Positions 40,065 to 50,561 of a stretch of DNA of 64,000 nucleotides are shown here, in pieces; position 1 is the first letter of the stretch; each line of letters starts with the position of its first letter. The stretch spans positions 1,600,001-1,664,000 of the forward strand of contig OZ240245.1 in the NCBI GenBank assembly GCA_965198175.1. Direction: 5' to 3'. The translations under genes were made by a program, and so were the position numbers. Origin of the DNA: Candidatus Poribacteria bacterium (GTDB lineage: Bacteria > Poribacteria > WGA-4E > PCPOR2b). Below the pieces are notes generated by a model. That model did not search any database. It was not told the DNA's origin and saw nothing but the letters and a program-made list of their open reading frames with translations.

Positions 40065-42329
40065 TTACACCAGTCCGCTTCGCTTACGCAAAAACCATTC
40101 TGCACCTAGCAAACTAACCACAAGAATCAGGACAATCGGGGTATCCCACAAATCCCGTTCCTGAATAGCAAAATCTCGCTCTTCAACATCTTCAATCTTT
40201 TTGGGTAGAGATTCCACATCAACAATCGGGGTGTAGATACCGCCTGTTTTTGCTGCTAATTGCTTAAGCAACTGCTCGTTGAGTTGTGGATTTTCAAACT
40301 CCGCAAGTGGAGATTGAACGAAGATTTCTGTCGAATCTTTACCCAATGAAGAAAAGTCTTCGACACCCAGGGCATGAATTTGGTAGTTTCCCTTCTGGTT
40401 GGCCTCAAATTGAGCGGTGTAGACGCCCGCAATCTGCGAACTAGCAGCGGTACGAACTTGAAACGATTTTCTGTCTGGGGGAATTACGTCAATTTTGAAC
40501 GCTGCATCTGCCAGCGGACGATAACTCTCATCATAAGCGTATACCGTAATCTGAACCTCGTCCCCGACTAAATAGGTTGTCAAATCGGTCGTAAGGTTAA
40601 TCCGTTTGGCGTCAGTCCGCGTTGCTGCCATCCAGCGGATAGTCCCTCCCCAAAAGCGAGGATAAGTATCGTCTTCATCTTTGAACCCCCAAACGCCAAA
40701 TCCCCAAGTCCACAGCCCTTCTGCCGCAATCAGGAGACTCTTTCCTAAGCCAAATCGCTGAAAAATGACGATTGGCATGGATATTTCGGCCCGAGGTTGT
40801 TGGTGCACTGCAAGGGTAGTTGCCCCACCCCTGAGACGGAATCCATCAAACCATCGTGATAGGGTTGGCATGTCTCTCCAAATGGCTTCAACTTTTGCTT
40901 GCGTATCTCCCAACTGCGTAATTGGATGGTAGAATCCTTGATGGGTAGGTTTCAGATTGAAATCTTCGTCTCGAACTGAGCAACCGTTCGTCGGGATGAC
41001 AATCGGCAACAGGCGTTCCAGGGAGGTTTCTCTTAAGCCATTAACACCAAGTGAGTTTCGTCCCCCAAGAAAGATAACAGACTTACCCTGATTTTCTACG
41101 AAATCAACAATTGCGTCCTGCTGTGCTTTAATCAAGGTATTTGATCGCAAATCCCCGATAATCAGTACATCGTAGGTCAGCAACTCAGCGAGGGTTACTG
41201 GAAAATACGCCAGACGGTCCAAGTCGGTTGTCTGTGGATAGTATTGCTTCGTGCGCTCCAGCAGCGTTCCGCGAAGTTGACGGCGCGTCCGACTCGATAC
41301 AATCATGCAAGTTGGATCGATGTTCGCATCCTGTTCCAACACTCGTTTGAGAAAGGCATATTCCCAGCGAGGTCCTCCATCAATGTAAAGTACACGCAGC
41401 TTCGTTTTGACAACTTTTAAGGGAAAGGCTTTCTCGTTGTTCTCATGCGTGAGTTCATCCGGCAGAGTCGGCACGGAAATGATATATTGAAAAACACCTT
41501 CTTCATGGGGATTCAAAGTGAATTCGATGACCTGGGTCGGTCGGTCGACCAATGTCACCAACGCTGCGTCAGCCACACGATTTTCTTGCATCAATGAAAC
41601 ACGAATCTTGCTCCCAGCGTAGCCTGCATGTTCGACAGCAACACGGATAGGTACATCGTGTCCCATGTAAACAACAGGACTCACCTCAATTTTTGAAATT
41701 TTCAGATCTTTGGGAGGTTGAGGACTACCGACGCCGACCGTGTAAAAGGGTACTTGCATATCAGTGATGCTTTCGAGGTGAAACGTTGAAGTGTTATGGG
41801 CGCCGTCAGTAATTAGAATCACACCAGCGAGCCGTTGACCGTGCCACTCTTTGAGCACCTTCTGGATTGAGGCAGCAATATCTGTTAATCTGCCTTTCGC
41901 TTCAAGCGGCTCAACCGAGTCGGTGATTTTCTGAGGTTGCGTATCAAATTGGTATAGATGTACCTCAAATCGATTGGCGAGAACCGCAAGAAATTGGCTT
42001 GACAGATCGAATAATAGCCGATTCACAAGGGTCAAACGGTTTGTTTGCTGACCGTCTGACTTCACATCGTCAAGCCCCATGCTTTGGGAAGTATCTGCAA
42101 GAATCAAAAGATTTGTCCGCGGGGTAACGTCTTTTCTCTCAATTATCACGGGCGCCAGCAGACAAAACAACAATACCGATGAGGCCGCAACCCTTAGTCC
42201 GATTAGAAGGAATCTAAACTCTTGACTGAGCGAACGTTGTAGACGGAAGTAAGCATAAACCGTAACACTCCCCACAATCGCCAGCCCTAACGCAGTTGCC
42301 CACGCTGGCCAAAAAAAAGCAAATCGCAT
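40065..42329 (-). CDS. Membrane protein with VWA and glutamine-amidotransferase-like domains
   Basis: N-terminal TMs (LRVAA..L..CLLAP), MIDAS DTSQSM...TD...ITDG, LRVLYIDGGPRWEYAFLKR, C-terminal EWFLRKRSGLV. Confidence 0.85.
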   Translation of the reverse strand: MRFAFFWPAWATALGLAIVGSVTVYAYFRLQRSLSQEFRFLLIGLRVAASSVLLFCLLAPVIIERKDVTPRTNLLILADTSQSMGLDDVKSDGQQTNRLTLVNRLLFDLSSQFLAVLANRFEVHLYQFDTQPQKITDSVEPLEAKGRLTDIAASIQKVLKEWHGQRLAGVILITDGAHNTSTFHLESITDMQVPFYTVGVGSPQPPKDLKISKIEVSPVVYMGHDVPIRVAVEHAGYAGSKIRVSLMQENRVADAALVTLVDRPTQVIEFTLNPHEEGVFQYIISVPTLPDELTHENNEKAFPLKVVKTKLRVLYIDGGPRWEYAFLKRVLEQDANIDPTCMIVSSRTRRQLRGTLLERTKQYYPQTTDLDRLAYFPVTLAELLTYDVLIIGDLRSNTLIKAQQDAIVDFVENQGKSVIFLGGRNSLGVNGLRETSLERLLPIVIPTNGCSVRDEDFNLKPTHQGFYHPITQLGDTQAKVEAIWRDMPTLSRWFDGFRLRGGATTLAVHQQPRAEISMPIVIFQRFGLGKSLLIAAEGLWTWGFGVWGFKDEDDTYPRFWGGTIRWMAATRTDAKRINLTTDLTTYLVGDEVQITVYAYDESYRPLADAAFKIDVIPPDRKSFQVRTAASSQIAGVYTAQFEANQKGNYQIHALGVEDFSSLGKDSTEIFVQSPLAEFENPQLNEQLLKQLAAKTGGIYTPIVDVESLPKKIEDVEERDFAIQERDLWDTPIVLILVVSLLGAEWFLRKRSGLV

Positions 42330-42358
42330 CAAACTCCCTTTTTTATAAGCGTTGGTGA

Positions 42359-42388
42359 ATTATACCTTACCCGTTGAAAGCCCGTCAA
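42359..42388 (-). promoter_or_regulatory. Sigma70-type promoter for the VWA/DUF4159/DUF4175 operon
   Basis: Minus strand TTGACG, 18 bp, TATAAT, about 30 bp upstream of the start; AAGGGAG RBS. Confidence 0.65.
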
Positions 42389-42802
42389 CTAAATCCTGAG
42401 CCATTAACCTGCATTTCCTACAGCCAGACATCGACTTGTGATGGCGTACTAAATTTAATGGGGAATGCTTGATGCGTAAGTTTTTAGCTCGGCAAGTAGT
42501 GCATTCAACACGCGAGCCTTATTGATGACAGCTAAGTGAAACGAGAATTTAGATTCATCGACCTTACGATACTGAGCACTTGGACTGGAGTAGTGGGCGA
42601 CTATTCAGATGGGAGATGTTGGAAGGTGATTGGTAGGTTGGGGTATATGCTGCTGGTGGTCATATCCTGATTGATTTTCTGATAATTCGTATTCGTAACT
42701 TCATCATTCTACTCTAAGCCAATCTTTGTGTTTGATCGCTGTTTTACATCTCCCTTTTTCCATACACAATAACGTCTCTTCACTTGTGTCCTTGATGGAT
42801 TC

Positions 42803-44707
42803 TTAATGCGTAATGTCCTGTCCCTCAATGATTACAAGCCGCTGGTTTGCCTGGATATTCCTAAATATCGATGTCTTTCCGTTCAACCAGATTACCTCAA
42901 GTAAATCAATTACGCTTCGCGAACCTAGCCCAAACTCCGCAGTCAAACTGTTGCACGATAGGAAACTGGATCCGGCGTTGATTTCACGAAGCTGCGTTAG
43001 ATTGCTCGTCCTCAACCGGATTTTTGCTCCGACGGCATCACGGTTGCCCGTTGTGCCAATCAGTTTCACGTGCAGCCAGTTGTTTCGATTTCCTCCCTCG
43101 TTCCGTAATAAAACCCCTAGTCCATGATTGTTGACAATGAAGATATCGACATCGCCATCGTTATCGTAATCACCGAAGGCGGCACCACGTCCAACCTGCC
43201 ACGGCAGGTTGGTGATGCCTGCGCTCTCGGTCACATCAGTAAAAATGCCATCACCATTGTTGCGAAAGAGTTGATCTTTCTGTGGAATAAGCCTCTCGCG
43301 CTGATTCAGATATGGGAACGTGTGTCCATTGACTACGAAAATGTCAAGGTAACCATCGAGGTCGTAATCAAATAAATCTGTTCCCCAGCCGACATAGTCG
43401 AGACTCTCCTCGCCTAGTGAAGCGTTGTACGCTTCATCGACGAAGCGAATAAACCTTGCCCTCTGTCCGTCCGAAACAGAAGGAAGGGACACCTTGTCCG
43501 GTTGCGAATTTCTCTCCTTCGTCCAACCCTTTGGATCAGAACTCTTGAACTCCCGTCCTGAGCCAAGAATCGGGATCGGCTGTGCGGGGGCGGTCCGGTC
43601 AATATCGCTTTCCTCCTGCCGCAAATTTCTGTAAATCGCGTTTTCCTGATTCATCCAGTGACTCATAAAGATGTCCAGATCGCCATCGTTGTCATAATCT
43701 CCCGCTGCCAACCCCATTGAACCACGCACATCCGCCGCCCACGATTGGTTGCTTACATCTGTGAATATCCCATTTCCATCGTTGCGATACAGGGTGTTGG
43801 GAGAGAGGTCGTTTGCAATATATAGATCCAGATCGCCGTCCAAATCTAAGTCGGTAAAGAGAGCTTGAAAGCTTCGTCCACCATAATCTTCAACGCCCAG
43901 ATCGCTGGTGACATCAGTAAACGTGCCGTCGCCATTGTTTCGGTAAAGTATATTATCTTGGGGATCAAAGACAAACGGGTTTAACGCACTTGGAACATAT
44001 TGGCCATATTGAACCGATTTTTGCTTCGCAGCTTCTAGCTTGCTGAGATCGTAGTCGAGATAGTTAGGTACATAGAGATCGAGATCGCCATCGTTATCGT
44101 AATCCCCGAATGTTGCACCGGTGCTCCATCGTGAATCGCCAACACCAGCTTCTATTGTGACATCGGTAAACGTGCCATCTCCATTGTTGCGATAGAGTAT
44201 GTTCGGACCGTAGTTGGTGATGTAGAGATCAAGGTTGCCATCGTTATCGTAATCTCCAGAGACGCACCCCATGCCGAATTCCTGATCGCCAACGCCAGCT
44301 TTTGTTGTGACATCGGTAAACGTGCCATCCCCGTTGTTGCGATAGAGCACGTTCCCAGGAGATGACCTTGTAATCTCGGTGTTAAGTGGACCTGGGTTAT
44401 TGACAACGTAAAGATCCAAATCACCGTCATTATCGTAGTCAGCGAAGGAGGCCCCTGAACCTACATCTTCCGGATATAATCCGTGGGATGTTTCTTCTAA
44501 TGATCGGGTATCGTGCGAGTGGACGAAGTGAATGCCCGCTAATGCGGTAACATCTTTGAATATAACAGTCCTGTGGAGTCCATTTTCACGACTTCCAGGG
44601 GTTGTTTGAGCGAAAATAGCTCTGCACCATGCAAAAATGCCTATTAAAATCAGTATTTGGATGTAACAAGTAATTTTCAATTGAAAAATCCGCGCGGATT
44701 CTCGCAT
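42803..44707 (-). CDS. CRTAC1-family protein (FG-GAP repeats plus ASPIC/UnbV domain)
   Basis: Repeated GDYDNDGDLDLY / LYRNNGDGTFTDVT (150-bp DNA period at 44161 and 44311); C-terminal NRDAVGAKI...FGLG...V.W.NG. Confidence 0.92.
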   Translation of the reverse strand: MRESARIFQLKITCYIQILILIGIFAWCRAIFAQTTPGSRENGLHRTVIFKDVTALAGIHFVHSHDTRSLEETSHGLYPEDVGSGASFADYDNDGDLDLYVVNNPGPLNTEITRSSPGNVLYRNNGDGTFTDVTTKAGVGDQEFGMGCVSGDYDNDGNLDLYITNYGPNILYRNNGDGTFTDVTIEAGVGDSRWSTGATFGDYDNDGDLDLYVPNYLDYDLSKLEAAKQKSVQYGQYVPSALNPFVFDPQDNILYRNNGDGTFTDVTSDLGVEDYGGRSFQALFTDLDLDGDLDLYIANDLSPNTLYRNDGNGIFTDVSNQSWAADVRGSMGLAAGDYDNDGDLDIFMSHWMNQENAIYRNLRQEESDIDRTAPAQPIPILGSGREFKSSDPKGWTKERNSQPDKVSLPSVSDGQRARFIRFVDEAYNASLGEESLDYVGWGTDLFDYDLDGYLDIFVVNGHTFPYLNQRERLIPQKDQLFRNNGDGIFTDVTESAGITNLPWQVGRGAAFGDYDNDGDVDIFIVNNHGLGVLLRNEGGNRNNWLHVKLIGTTGNRDAVGAKIRLRTSNLTQLREINAGSSFLSCNSLTAEFGLGSRSVIDLLEVIWLNGKTSIFRNIQANQRLVIIEGQDITH

Positions 44708-44920
44708 CAGAACATTTGGACCGTAAAGTTAATCCTTGATGAGTTCGGTGACGTTGGCTCAAACACACTGGTGCTCATTAGTAAGGTAAAGTATGGCAAC
44801 GCTGTCAAAAATTGCCCAAGCCAGATCTGTCATTACTTAAATTGCACTCACACGCACGCGATTATGCTTGATTTAAGAACTGGAAGGGATGACCCGGAAC
44901 AGTCGGTGTAGATGCTTACG

Positions 44921-45778
44921 TCAGAGACTAGCAACAATGATGCGCTCCAGCCCTGAATAATCTACAATCACTTGACAGTCATTATACGCCGGATGTGATT
45001 GGATAAGGTTTTGAACTTGTTCACTCTGATTATTGGCAATTTCCAAAATGAGGCGACCGTCGGGATTCAAAAACTGTGGTGCCCTTGATATGATTTGGCG
45101 GATTATGCTAAGTCCATCGCATCCAGCAATAAGCGCAGTTTTCGGTTCATGTTCGCGAATATCTGGAGGAAGCGTAGGAAAATCTTTCGTGCTGATGTAG
45201 GGAGGGTTGGAGGCAATCCAATCAAAACGACGATTTTCTAATGTTTTCACAGGAGCAAAGAGATTGCCTTGCAAAAACGTGATGCGCTCAGTGCAGCCAT
45301 GGATGACCGAGTTTTTTCGAGCAACATCAAGCACGTCTGCTGACAAATCAGTTGCTACAATCTCCCAATCCGGTAGGTTGGTGGCTAGACTAACTGCGAT
45401 TGCTCCGCCGCCTGTACCGATGTCAATAAGCCGCCGTTTTCCACTTTGATGCTGCAAAATAGTCTCGACCAGGATTTCGGTTTCAGGGCGGGGGATAAGC
45501 ACACGCGAATCAACATAGAAGGCTAACGACATGAATTCCTTCTCGTTTGTGAGGTAACTCAAGGGAGTATGTGCTGCCCGCCGTTTAATTAATTCTCGAA
45601 ATTCCGAAAGCGCCTCTTGGAAAACAGGCATGTCGAAGTTCAAGTAGAGTTGCAATCGGCTCTTTTTCAGGACATACCCGAGAAGGAGTTCGGCATCTAG
45701 ACGAGAGCTAAGAATATTCTGACACTTAAGGTATTCGGTTGTCCATTGGATTAGATCGATGACACGCCAGGTTTTCAC
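44921..45778 (-). CDS. prmC: Release factor glutamine methyltransferase
   Basis: VLIPRPETEILV, DIGTGGGAIA, SNPPY; immediately after prfA. Confidence 0.97.
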   Translation of the reverse strand: MKTWRVIDLIQWTTEYLKCQNILSSRLDAELLLGYVLKKSRLQLYLNFDMPVFQEALSEFRELIKRRAAHTPLSYLTNEKEFMSLAFYVDSRVLIPRPETEILVETILQHQSGKRRLIDIGTGGGAIAVSLATNLPDWEIVATDLSADVLDVARKNSVIHGCTERITFLQGNLFAPVKTLENRRFDWIASNPPYISTKDFPTLPPDIREHEPKTALIAGCDGLSIIRQIISRAPQFLNPDGRLILEIANNQSEQVQNLIQSHPAYNDCQVIVDYSGLERIIVASL

Positions 45779-45780
45779 AG

Positions 45781-46845
45781 CTACAAATGCTTTAACCTCT
45801 CCGCTTGATCTGCAGCTATCAAGGTATCAATGAAAGCATTTAGTTCTCCATCTAGAACCGAATCTAGTTGATAAATACTCAACCCAATACGATGGTCTGT
45901 CACGCGGTTTTGGGAGAAGTTATACGTGCGTATCTTTTCGCTCCTATCTCCACTGCCAACCATCAATTTACGAGTCTGAGCCCGTTCTGCTTCTTGTTCA
46001 GACTGCATCTTTTCCAGCAAACGCGAACGCAAGATTTTCATTGCCTTCGCCTTATTTTTGTGCTGTGATTTTTCATCTTGGCACGTGACAACAAGTCCGG
46101 TCGGTAAGTGGGTAATCCGCACTGCAGAATCGGTTGTATTCACGCTCTGTCCGCCTGGCCCAGATGATCGGTACACATCGATCCGCAAGTCCTCCGAATT
46201 GATGCTCAAATCAACATCTTCAGCTTCTGGCAACACCGCAACGGTCACAGCCGACGTATGGATGCGGCTGCTCGTCTCCGTTGCAGGGACACGTTGGACC
46301 CGATGTATTCCCCCCTCATATTTCAGCTTGCTATAAGCACCCTGTCCCTGCGCTGAGAAGATAATCTCCTTAAATCCTTTCAAACCGGTGTGATGAGAAC
46401 TGAGCAAATCAATTTTACAGCCCTGATTTTCTGCGTATCTTGAGTACATTCGAAAGAGTTCAGCCGCAAATAAGCATGCTTCTTCGCCACCTGTGCCGGC
46501 CCGAATTTCCATTATCACATTTTTCTCATCATTCGGATCCTTGGGGAGTATTAGAATTTTGAGATGCGTTTCTAATCGATTCTTATGATTATTGAGAGAA
46601 TCGAGTTCATTCTTGGCAAGCTCAATAAATTCTTCTTCGGTCTCTTGCTCAAGGAGCGATAAAGTACCCTCAATATCCTTCTCTGTCTTTTGGTATTCTT
46701 TATAGGCAGAGATAATCGGTGCTAATGCAGCGTGTGCCTTGCTGAGTTGTTGTAGCCTTTGGTGATTGGCTATCTGTTCCGGATCGGCTAATGCCTTTTG
46801 AATATCTAGATATTTGGATTCAATATCTTTTAGCTTTTCAAACAT
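45781..46845 (-). CDS. prfA: Peptide chain release factor 1
   Basis: [20 protein letters not shown] (PxT), [13 protein letters not shown]. Confidence 0.98.
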   Translation of the reverse strand: MFEKLKDIESKYLDIQKALADPEQIANHQRLQQLSKAHAALAPIISAYKEYQKTEKDIEGTLSLLEQETEEEFIELAKNELDSLNNHKNRLETHLKILILPKDPNDEKNVIMEIRAGTGGEEACLFAAELFRMYSRYAENQGCKIDLLSSHHTGLKGFKEIIFSAQGQGAYSKLKYEGGIHRVQRVPATETSSRIHTSAVTVAVLPEAEDVDLSINSEDLRIDVYRSSGPGGQSVNTTDSAVRITHLPTGLVVTCQDEKSQHKNKAKAMKILRSRLLEKMQSEQEAERAQTRKLMVGSGDRSEKIRTYNFSQNRVTDHRIGLSIYQLDSVLDGELNAFIDTLIAADQAERLKHL

Positions 46846-47098
46846 ATCTAGTTAGTACTCTCTTTGTTCACCTTTCACACATAATTGGCAAAGAAATTGG
46901 GGTAGTGTACCCTTCTAGATGAATGAGTTACCCCTATCTTTGAACAGAGTAAATTTTCTCTTTACGCAATAACGAAACACGAACTACCGCTAGCAAATGG
47001 GGGCATGCATCATCACTTTCTGATGGTTGCTTGCCCCCAGCATTTCTGAATGCATCCATAACATGCCCTGCTTGACTCAGCAATCTTCTGCTATAGGC

Positions 47099-47311
47099 TC
47101 ACTCGGTTTCCGCCGAGATCCCATATTTTCTGCGGAAGTTTTCTACACGACCGGCCGTATCAATCATCGTCTGCTGCCCGGTGTAATAGGGATGACACTT
47201 CGCGCACACTTCAATACGTATTTGAGGTTTCGTCGAAATAGTCTTGTATGTTGCACCGCAAACACAATTGATGACACATTCCATCGTCTGCGGATGAATA
47301 TCTGTTTTCAC
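47099..47311 (-). CDS. rpmE: 50S ribosomal protein L31 (zinc type)
   Basis: GTG start; K.DIHP, CVCG, CAKCHPYYTG, DTAGRVENF. Confidence 0.97.
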   Translation of the reverse strand: MKTDIHPQTMECVINCVCGATYKTISTKPQIRIEVCAKCHPYYTGQQTMIDTAGRVENFRRKYGISAETE

Positions 47312-47357
47312 GCTGATAACCACCCCCTTTGAACTGACACATTAACTAAAAGACAAA

Positions 47358-48677
47358 CTACCATTGGTTACGCCCTCGCGAAGGAGGATTTTTCGGCTTG
47401 TTATCAACCATCATTTCAAGAAACGCCTCGTTGGTGTCCGTTTTGCCTAACTGTTCCACAAAGAGTTCCATTGATTCAGCGGTACTCATCTGGCCCATGA
47501 ACTTTCGCAAAAGCCATACTTTGCTAAGGACCTCTGGCTTAAGTAATAGTTCTTCGCGTCGCGTCTTCGATTTATTGATGTTAATTGATGGAAAGATACG
47601 TCGATCTAACAAAGAACGTTCTAGGTGTATTTCCATGTTCGCAGTGCCTTTGAATTCCTCATAAATGTGTTCATCAGCACGGCTTTCTGTGTCAATCAGT
47701 GCGGTAGCCATAATTGTCAGACTGCCCCCTTCTTCAATCTTCCGCCCAGCTCCAAAAAGCTTCCGTGGTTTAATGAAAGCAAGTGCATCCAACCCCCCTG
47801 TCAACGTCTTCCCGCTGTGGGGTGCCACAACATTATATGCCCGCGCAAGGCGTGTCATACTATCCAACAAAATCACTACATCTTTGCCATATTCGACCAA
47901 TCTTTGCGCCTTTTCAATGACAATTTCTGCAACTTGCACATGACGCTCTGGATGCTCGTCAAAGGTTGAACTGATGACCTCTCCTTTGACTGAGCGGGCG
48001 ACATCTGTAACTTCCTCTGGACGTTCATCAATCAAAAGGACAATCAACATCACCTCCGGATGATTCGCCGTGACACCACTGGCAATGTTCTTCAAGAGCG
48101 TGGTTTTACCACTGTAGGGCGGTGCGATAATAAGGCCGCGTTGTCCCTTACCAATTGGCGACATCAAATCGACGATTCGCGTTGAACACTCAAGCGGGTC
48201 GTGTTCAAGTCTTAACTGTTCATAAGGATAGACAGGAGTTAAATTATCAAAAAGAATCTTGTCCTTTGCTAATTCGGGATTCTCACCGTTGACTTCTTCA
48301 ATCTTTAATAACGCAAAGTAGTATTCTTCTTTGTTGCCATCCTTCTTAGGTGGGCGGATTTGCCCCTGAACCTCATGTCCCGTGCGCAGATCGAACTTAC
48401 GAATCTGAGAGGGAGACACATAAATGTCATCGTTGCTCTGCAAATAGTTGTATCGAGATGAACGGAGGAAACCATACCCTTGATCTCGATCTGTTAAAAT
48501 CTCAAGAACACCTTCTCCAAACAACGCACCACTGCTCGCCGCTTTGGCCTCAAGAATCCGGGTTATCAAATCTTGTTTTCGGAGGCCACTATAACCGCTC
48601 AGTCCAAGTTTTCGAGCCATAGAATTGAGTTCGGAGATTGTCGATTCTTGGAGTTTAGTAATGTCTACATTCTCCAT
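47358..48677 (-). CDS. rho: Transcription termination factor Rho
   Basis: [48 protein letters not shown]. Confidence 0.98.
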   Translation of the reverse strand: MENVDITKLQESTISELNSMARKLGLSGYSGLRKQDLITRILEAKAASSGALFGEGVLEILTDRDQGYGFLRSSRYNYLQSNDDIYVSPSQIRKFDLRTGHEVQGQIRPPKKDGNKEEYYFALLKIEEVNGENPELAKDKILFDNLTPVYPYEQLRLEHDPLECSTRIVDLMSPIGKGQRGLIIAPPYSGKTTLLKNIASGVTANHPEVMLIVLLIDERPEEVTDVARSVKGEVISSTFDEHPERHVQVAEIVIEKAQRLVEYGKDVVILLDSMTRLARAYNVVAPHSGKTLTGGLDALAFIKPRKLFGAGRKIEEGGSLTIMATALIDTESRADEHIYEEFKGTANMEIHLERSLLDRRIFPSININKSKTRREELLLKPEVLSKVWLLRKFMGQMSTAESMELFVEQLGKTDTNEAFLEMMVDNKPKNPPSRGRNQW

Positions 48678-49217
48678 AGTTTTTGTTACTCCTCATTAAC
48701 ACACAATGTAAGTTGTCCGTAGATAGCTTACGCACGGCTTCATCATTTCAAAGATAAACATGAAGCACTTCTAACAAGCAATTTATCACTAACTCCTATA
48801 GTAAAGTAGAACAAAGATAAGGGCAAACCATCGAAACAAATAGGATTGGATCGTCGGGTATGAATATACAAAACTATCTTTGGTTGGATTCTAGTTCAAA
48901 GGGGTTACCCAATCTAGTAACATGCAGAAGATACGAATTCTTCATTCAACTTCAGAAGTTTTTCACAAGACCTTTGTCTGTCGCTCGATTTTCTCAAGGT
49001 TTGGAGAGACTTTACTACTCAACACAGGGTGCTGGGGCAGTTGAGACTTAAATCACTGACATAAACTTCCGAAATTTGGGGTGCAGATTCCGCCATCACT
49101 GAAAAAGTCGCATAGAAGAGGATTCAAATGTACTTTGAAGGAGTAAAGCGGGTTCAGACGAAGCAAATCTCTGCGGTAGATAATTACTGGGGGGAAATTT
49201 CCGTCATCAATCATGAT

Positions 49218-49247
49218 ATTATACATTAGTAAGTAATAGATCGTCAA
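49218..49247 (-). promoter_or_regulatory. Putative rho promoter (~530-nt leader)
   Basis: Minus strand TTGACG (49247-49242), 18 bp, TATAAT (49223-49218). Confidence 0.6.
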
Positions 49248-49534
49248 GTATTAGTTGTATAAAACGCACAAAAAAAAGAACTGTTTCCAAATAAAGCGTC
49301 AATTCGTACACGTTAACCGCTGGTAGAACCAAAAAAACAAGTAACTATCGGCGGCTGAGATTGCACTGTGCTTCTATCAAACATTCATGCAGTGTGTAAT
49401 CGGTTATGTAAACATTTGACAGATTAGACCAATTCTAAGGTCCTTGAGATGATTTAGGACCAACGCTTGGATTTTGGGGGCGCGTGATGAATACAGCATT
49501 TCCTGAATCCACGACAACGAAATGTCAATAGAAC

Positions 49535-50443
49535 CTAGTCAACTTTTACGTTCGACATCTGCTCTAAAGCCAGCATAAGCGCTTGCGTGCCAAGGCGACC
49601 GTGACCTTGAGCTTTAACGGCAAGATAAAGCTGATGTACCAGCGCAAGTCCGGGAAGACTCAAGTTCATCTTCTCGGCTTCATCAAGCGCGATGCCCATA
49701 TCCTTGATGAAGTGCTCGACAAAAAAGCCCGGATCGAAGTCGCGCTGGAGAATACGGGGTGCGAGATTGCTCAGCGCCCAACAAGCTGCTGCGCCGCCAC
49801 TAATCGATGAGAGCATCGTCTTCAGATCTAAGCCTGCCCTGTACCCGTAGAATAACCCTTCACAGACACCAATCATCGTGCCGGCAATTGTAATCTGATT
49901 GCACATCTTGGTGTGCTGACCGGCTCCTGCAGCACCCTGATGGACGATGTTTTTCCCCATCGCTTCGAGGAGTGGCATGATAGTTTCAACAACTTCGGAA
50001 TCACCTCCCACCATAATGGAGAGCCGTGCTTCTCGTGCACCAACATCGCCCCCTGAAACCGGGGCATCAACGGAGGAAACCCCCTGGGCCCTAGCTTTCT
50101 CATAAATTTCTTGCGCCAGCGATGGCTCGGTTGTTGTCATGTCAACGATAATGTTCCCTGTTTTTGCGCATTTTAGGATGCCTTTATCGCCAAGATATAT
50201 TTCTCTCACATCTGGCGGAAAACCAACGATTGTGAAGATTACATCTGAGGCTGTGGCAACTTTACTGGGGTCATCTGCCCAAGTTGCGCCGCTATCAAGT
50301 AATGGCTGCGCTTTTTCTTTTGTTCGGTTGTAGACAGTTGCTGAATATCCGAGATTCATGATGTGCTGGCACATCCAGCGTCCCATAACACCGGTTCCAA
50401 CCCAGCCGATTTTTGTCTTTTCTGGATGCATCGTTATACCCAT
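49535..50443 (-). CDS. NAD(P)-dependent beta-hydroxyacid dehydrogenase (3-hydroxyisobutyrate / tartronate-semialdehyde reductase family)
   Basis: [38 protein letters not shown]. Confidence 0.92.
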   Translation of the reverse strand: MGITMHPEKTKIGWVGTGVMGRWMCQHIMNLGYSATVYNRTKEKAQPLLDSGATWADDPSKVATASDVIFTIVGFPPDVREIYLGDKGILKCAKTGNIIVDMTTTEPSLAQEIYEKARAQGVSSVDAPVSGGDVGAREARLSIMVGGDSEVVETIMPLLEAMGKNIVHQGAAGAGQHTKMCNQITIAGTMIGVCEGLFYGYRAGLDLKTMLSSISGGAAACWALSNLAPRILQRDFDPGFFVEHFIKDMGIALDEAEKMNLSLPGLALVHQLYLAVKAQGHGRLGTQALMLALEQMSNVKVD

Positions 50444-50561
50444 AAATTACCTCCTTGTTGTTGAGTAGAAATAAATGGTGCGAAATGAATTAATGGACCT
50501 CTGAAGCCTTTATCCTCTTGTCTTATGTCCTCTCTTCCATTATCTTCTCTCCTCCCTGAAT

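Noticed and set aside
48860..49247. Small ORFs in the rho upstream region
   Set aside because: 63-64 aa, no RBS or recognisable features; more consistent with a non-coding leader.
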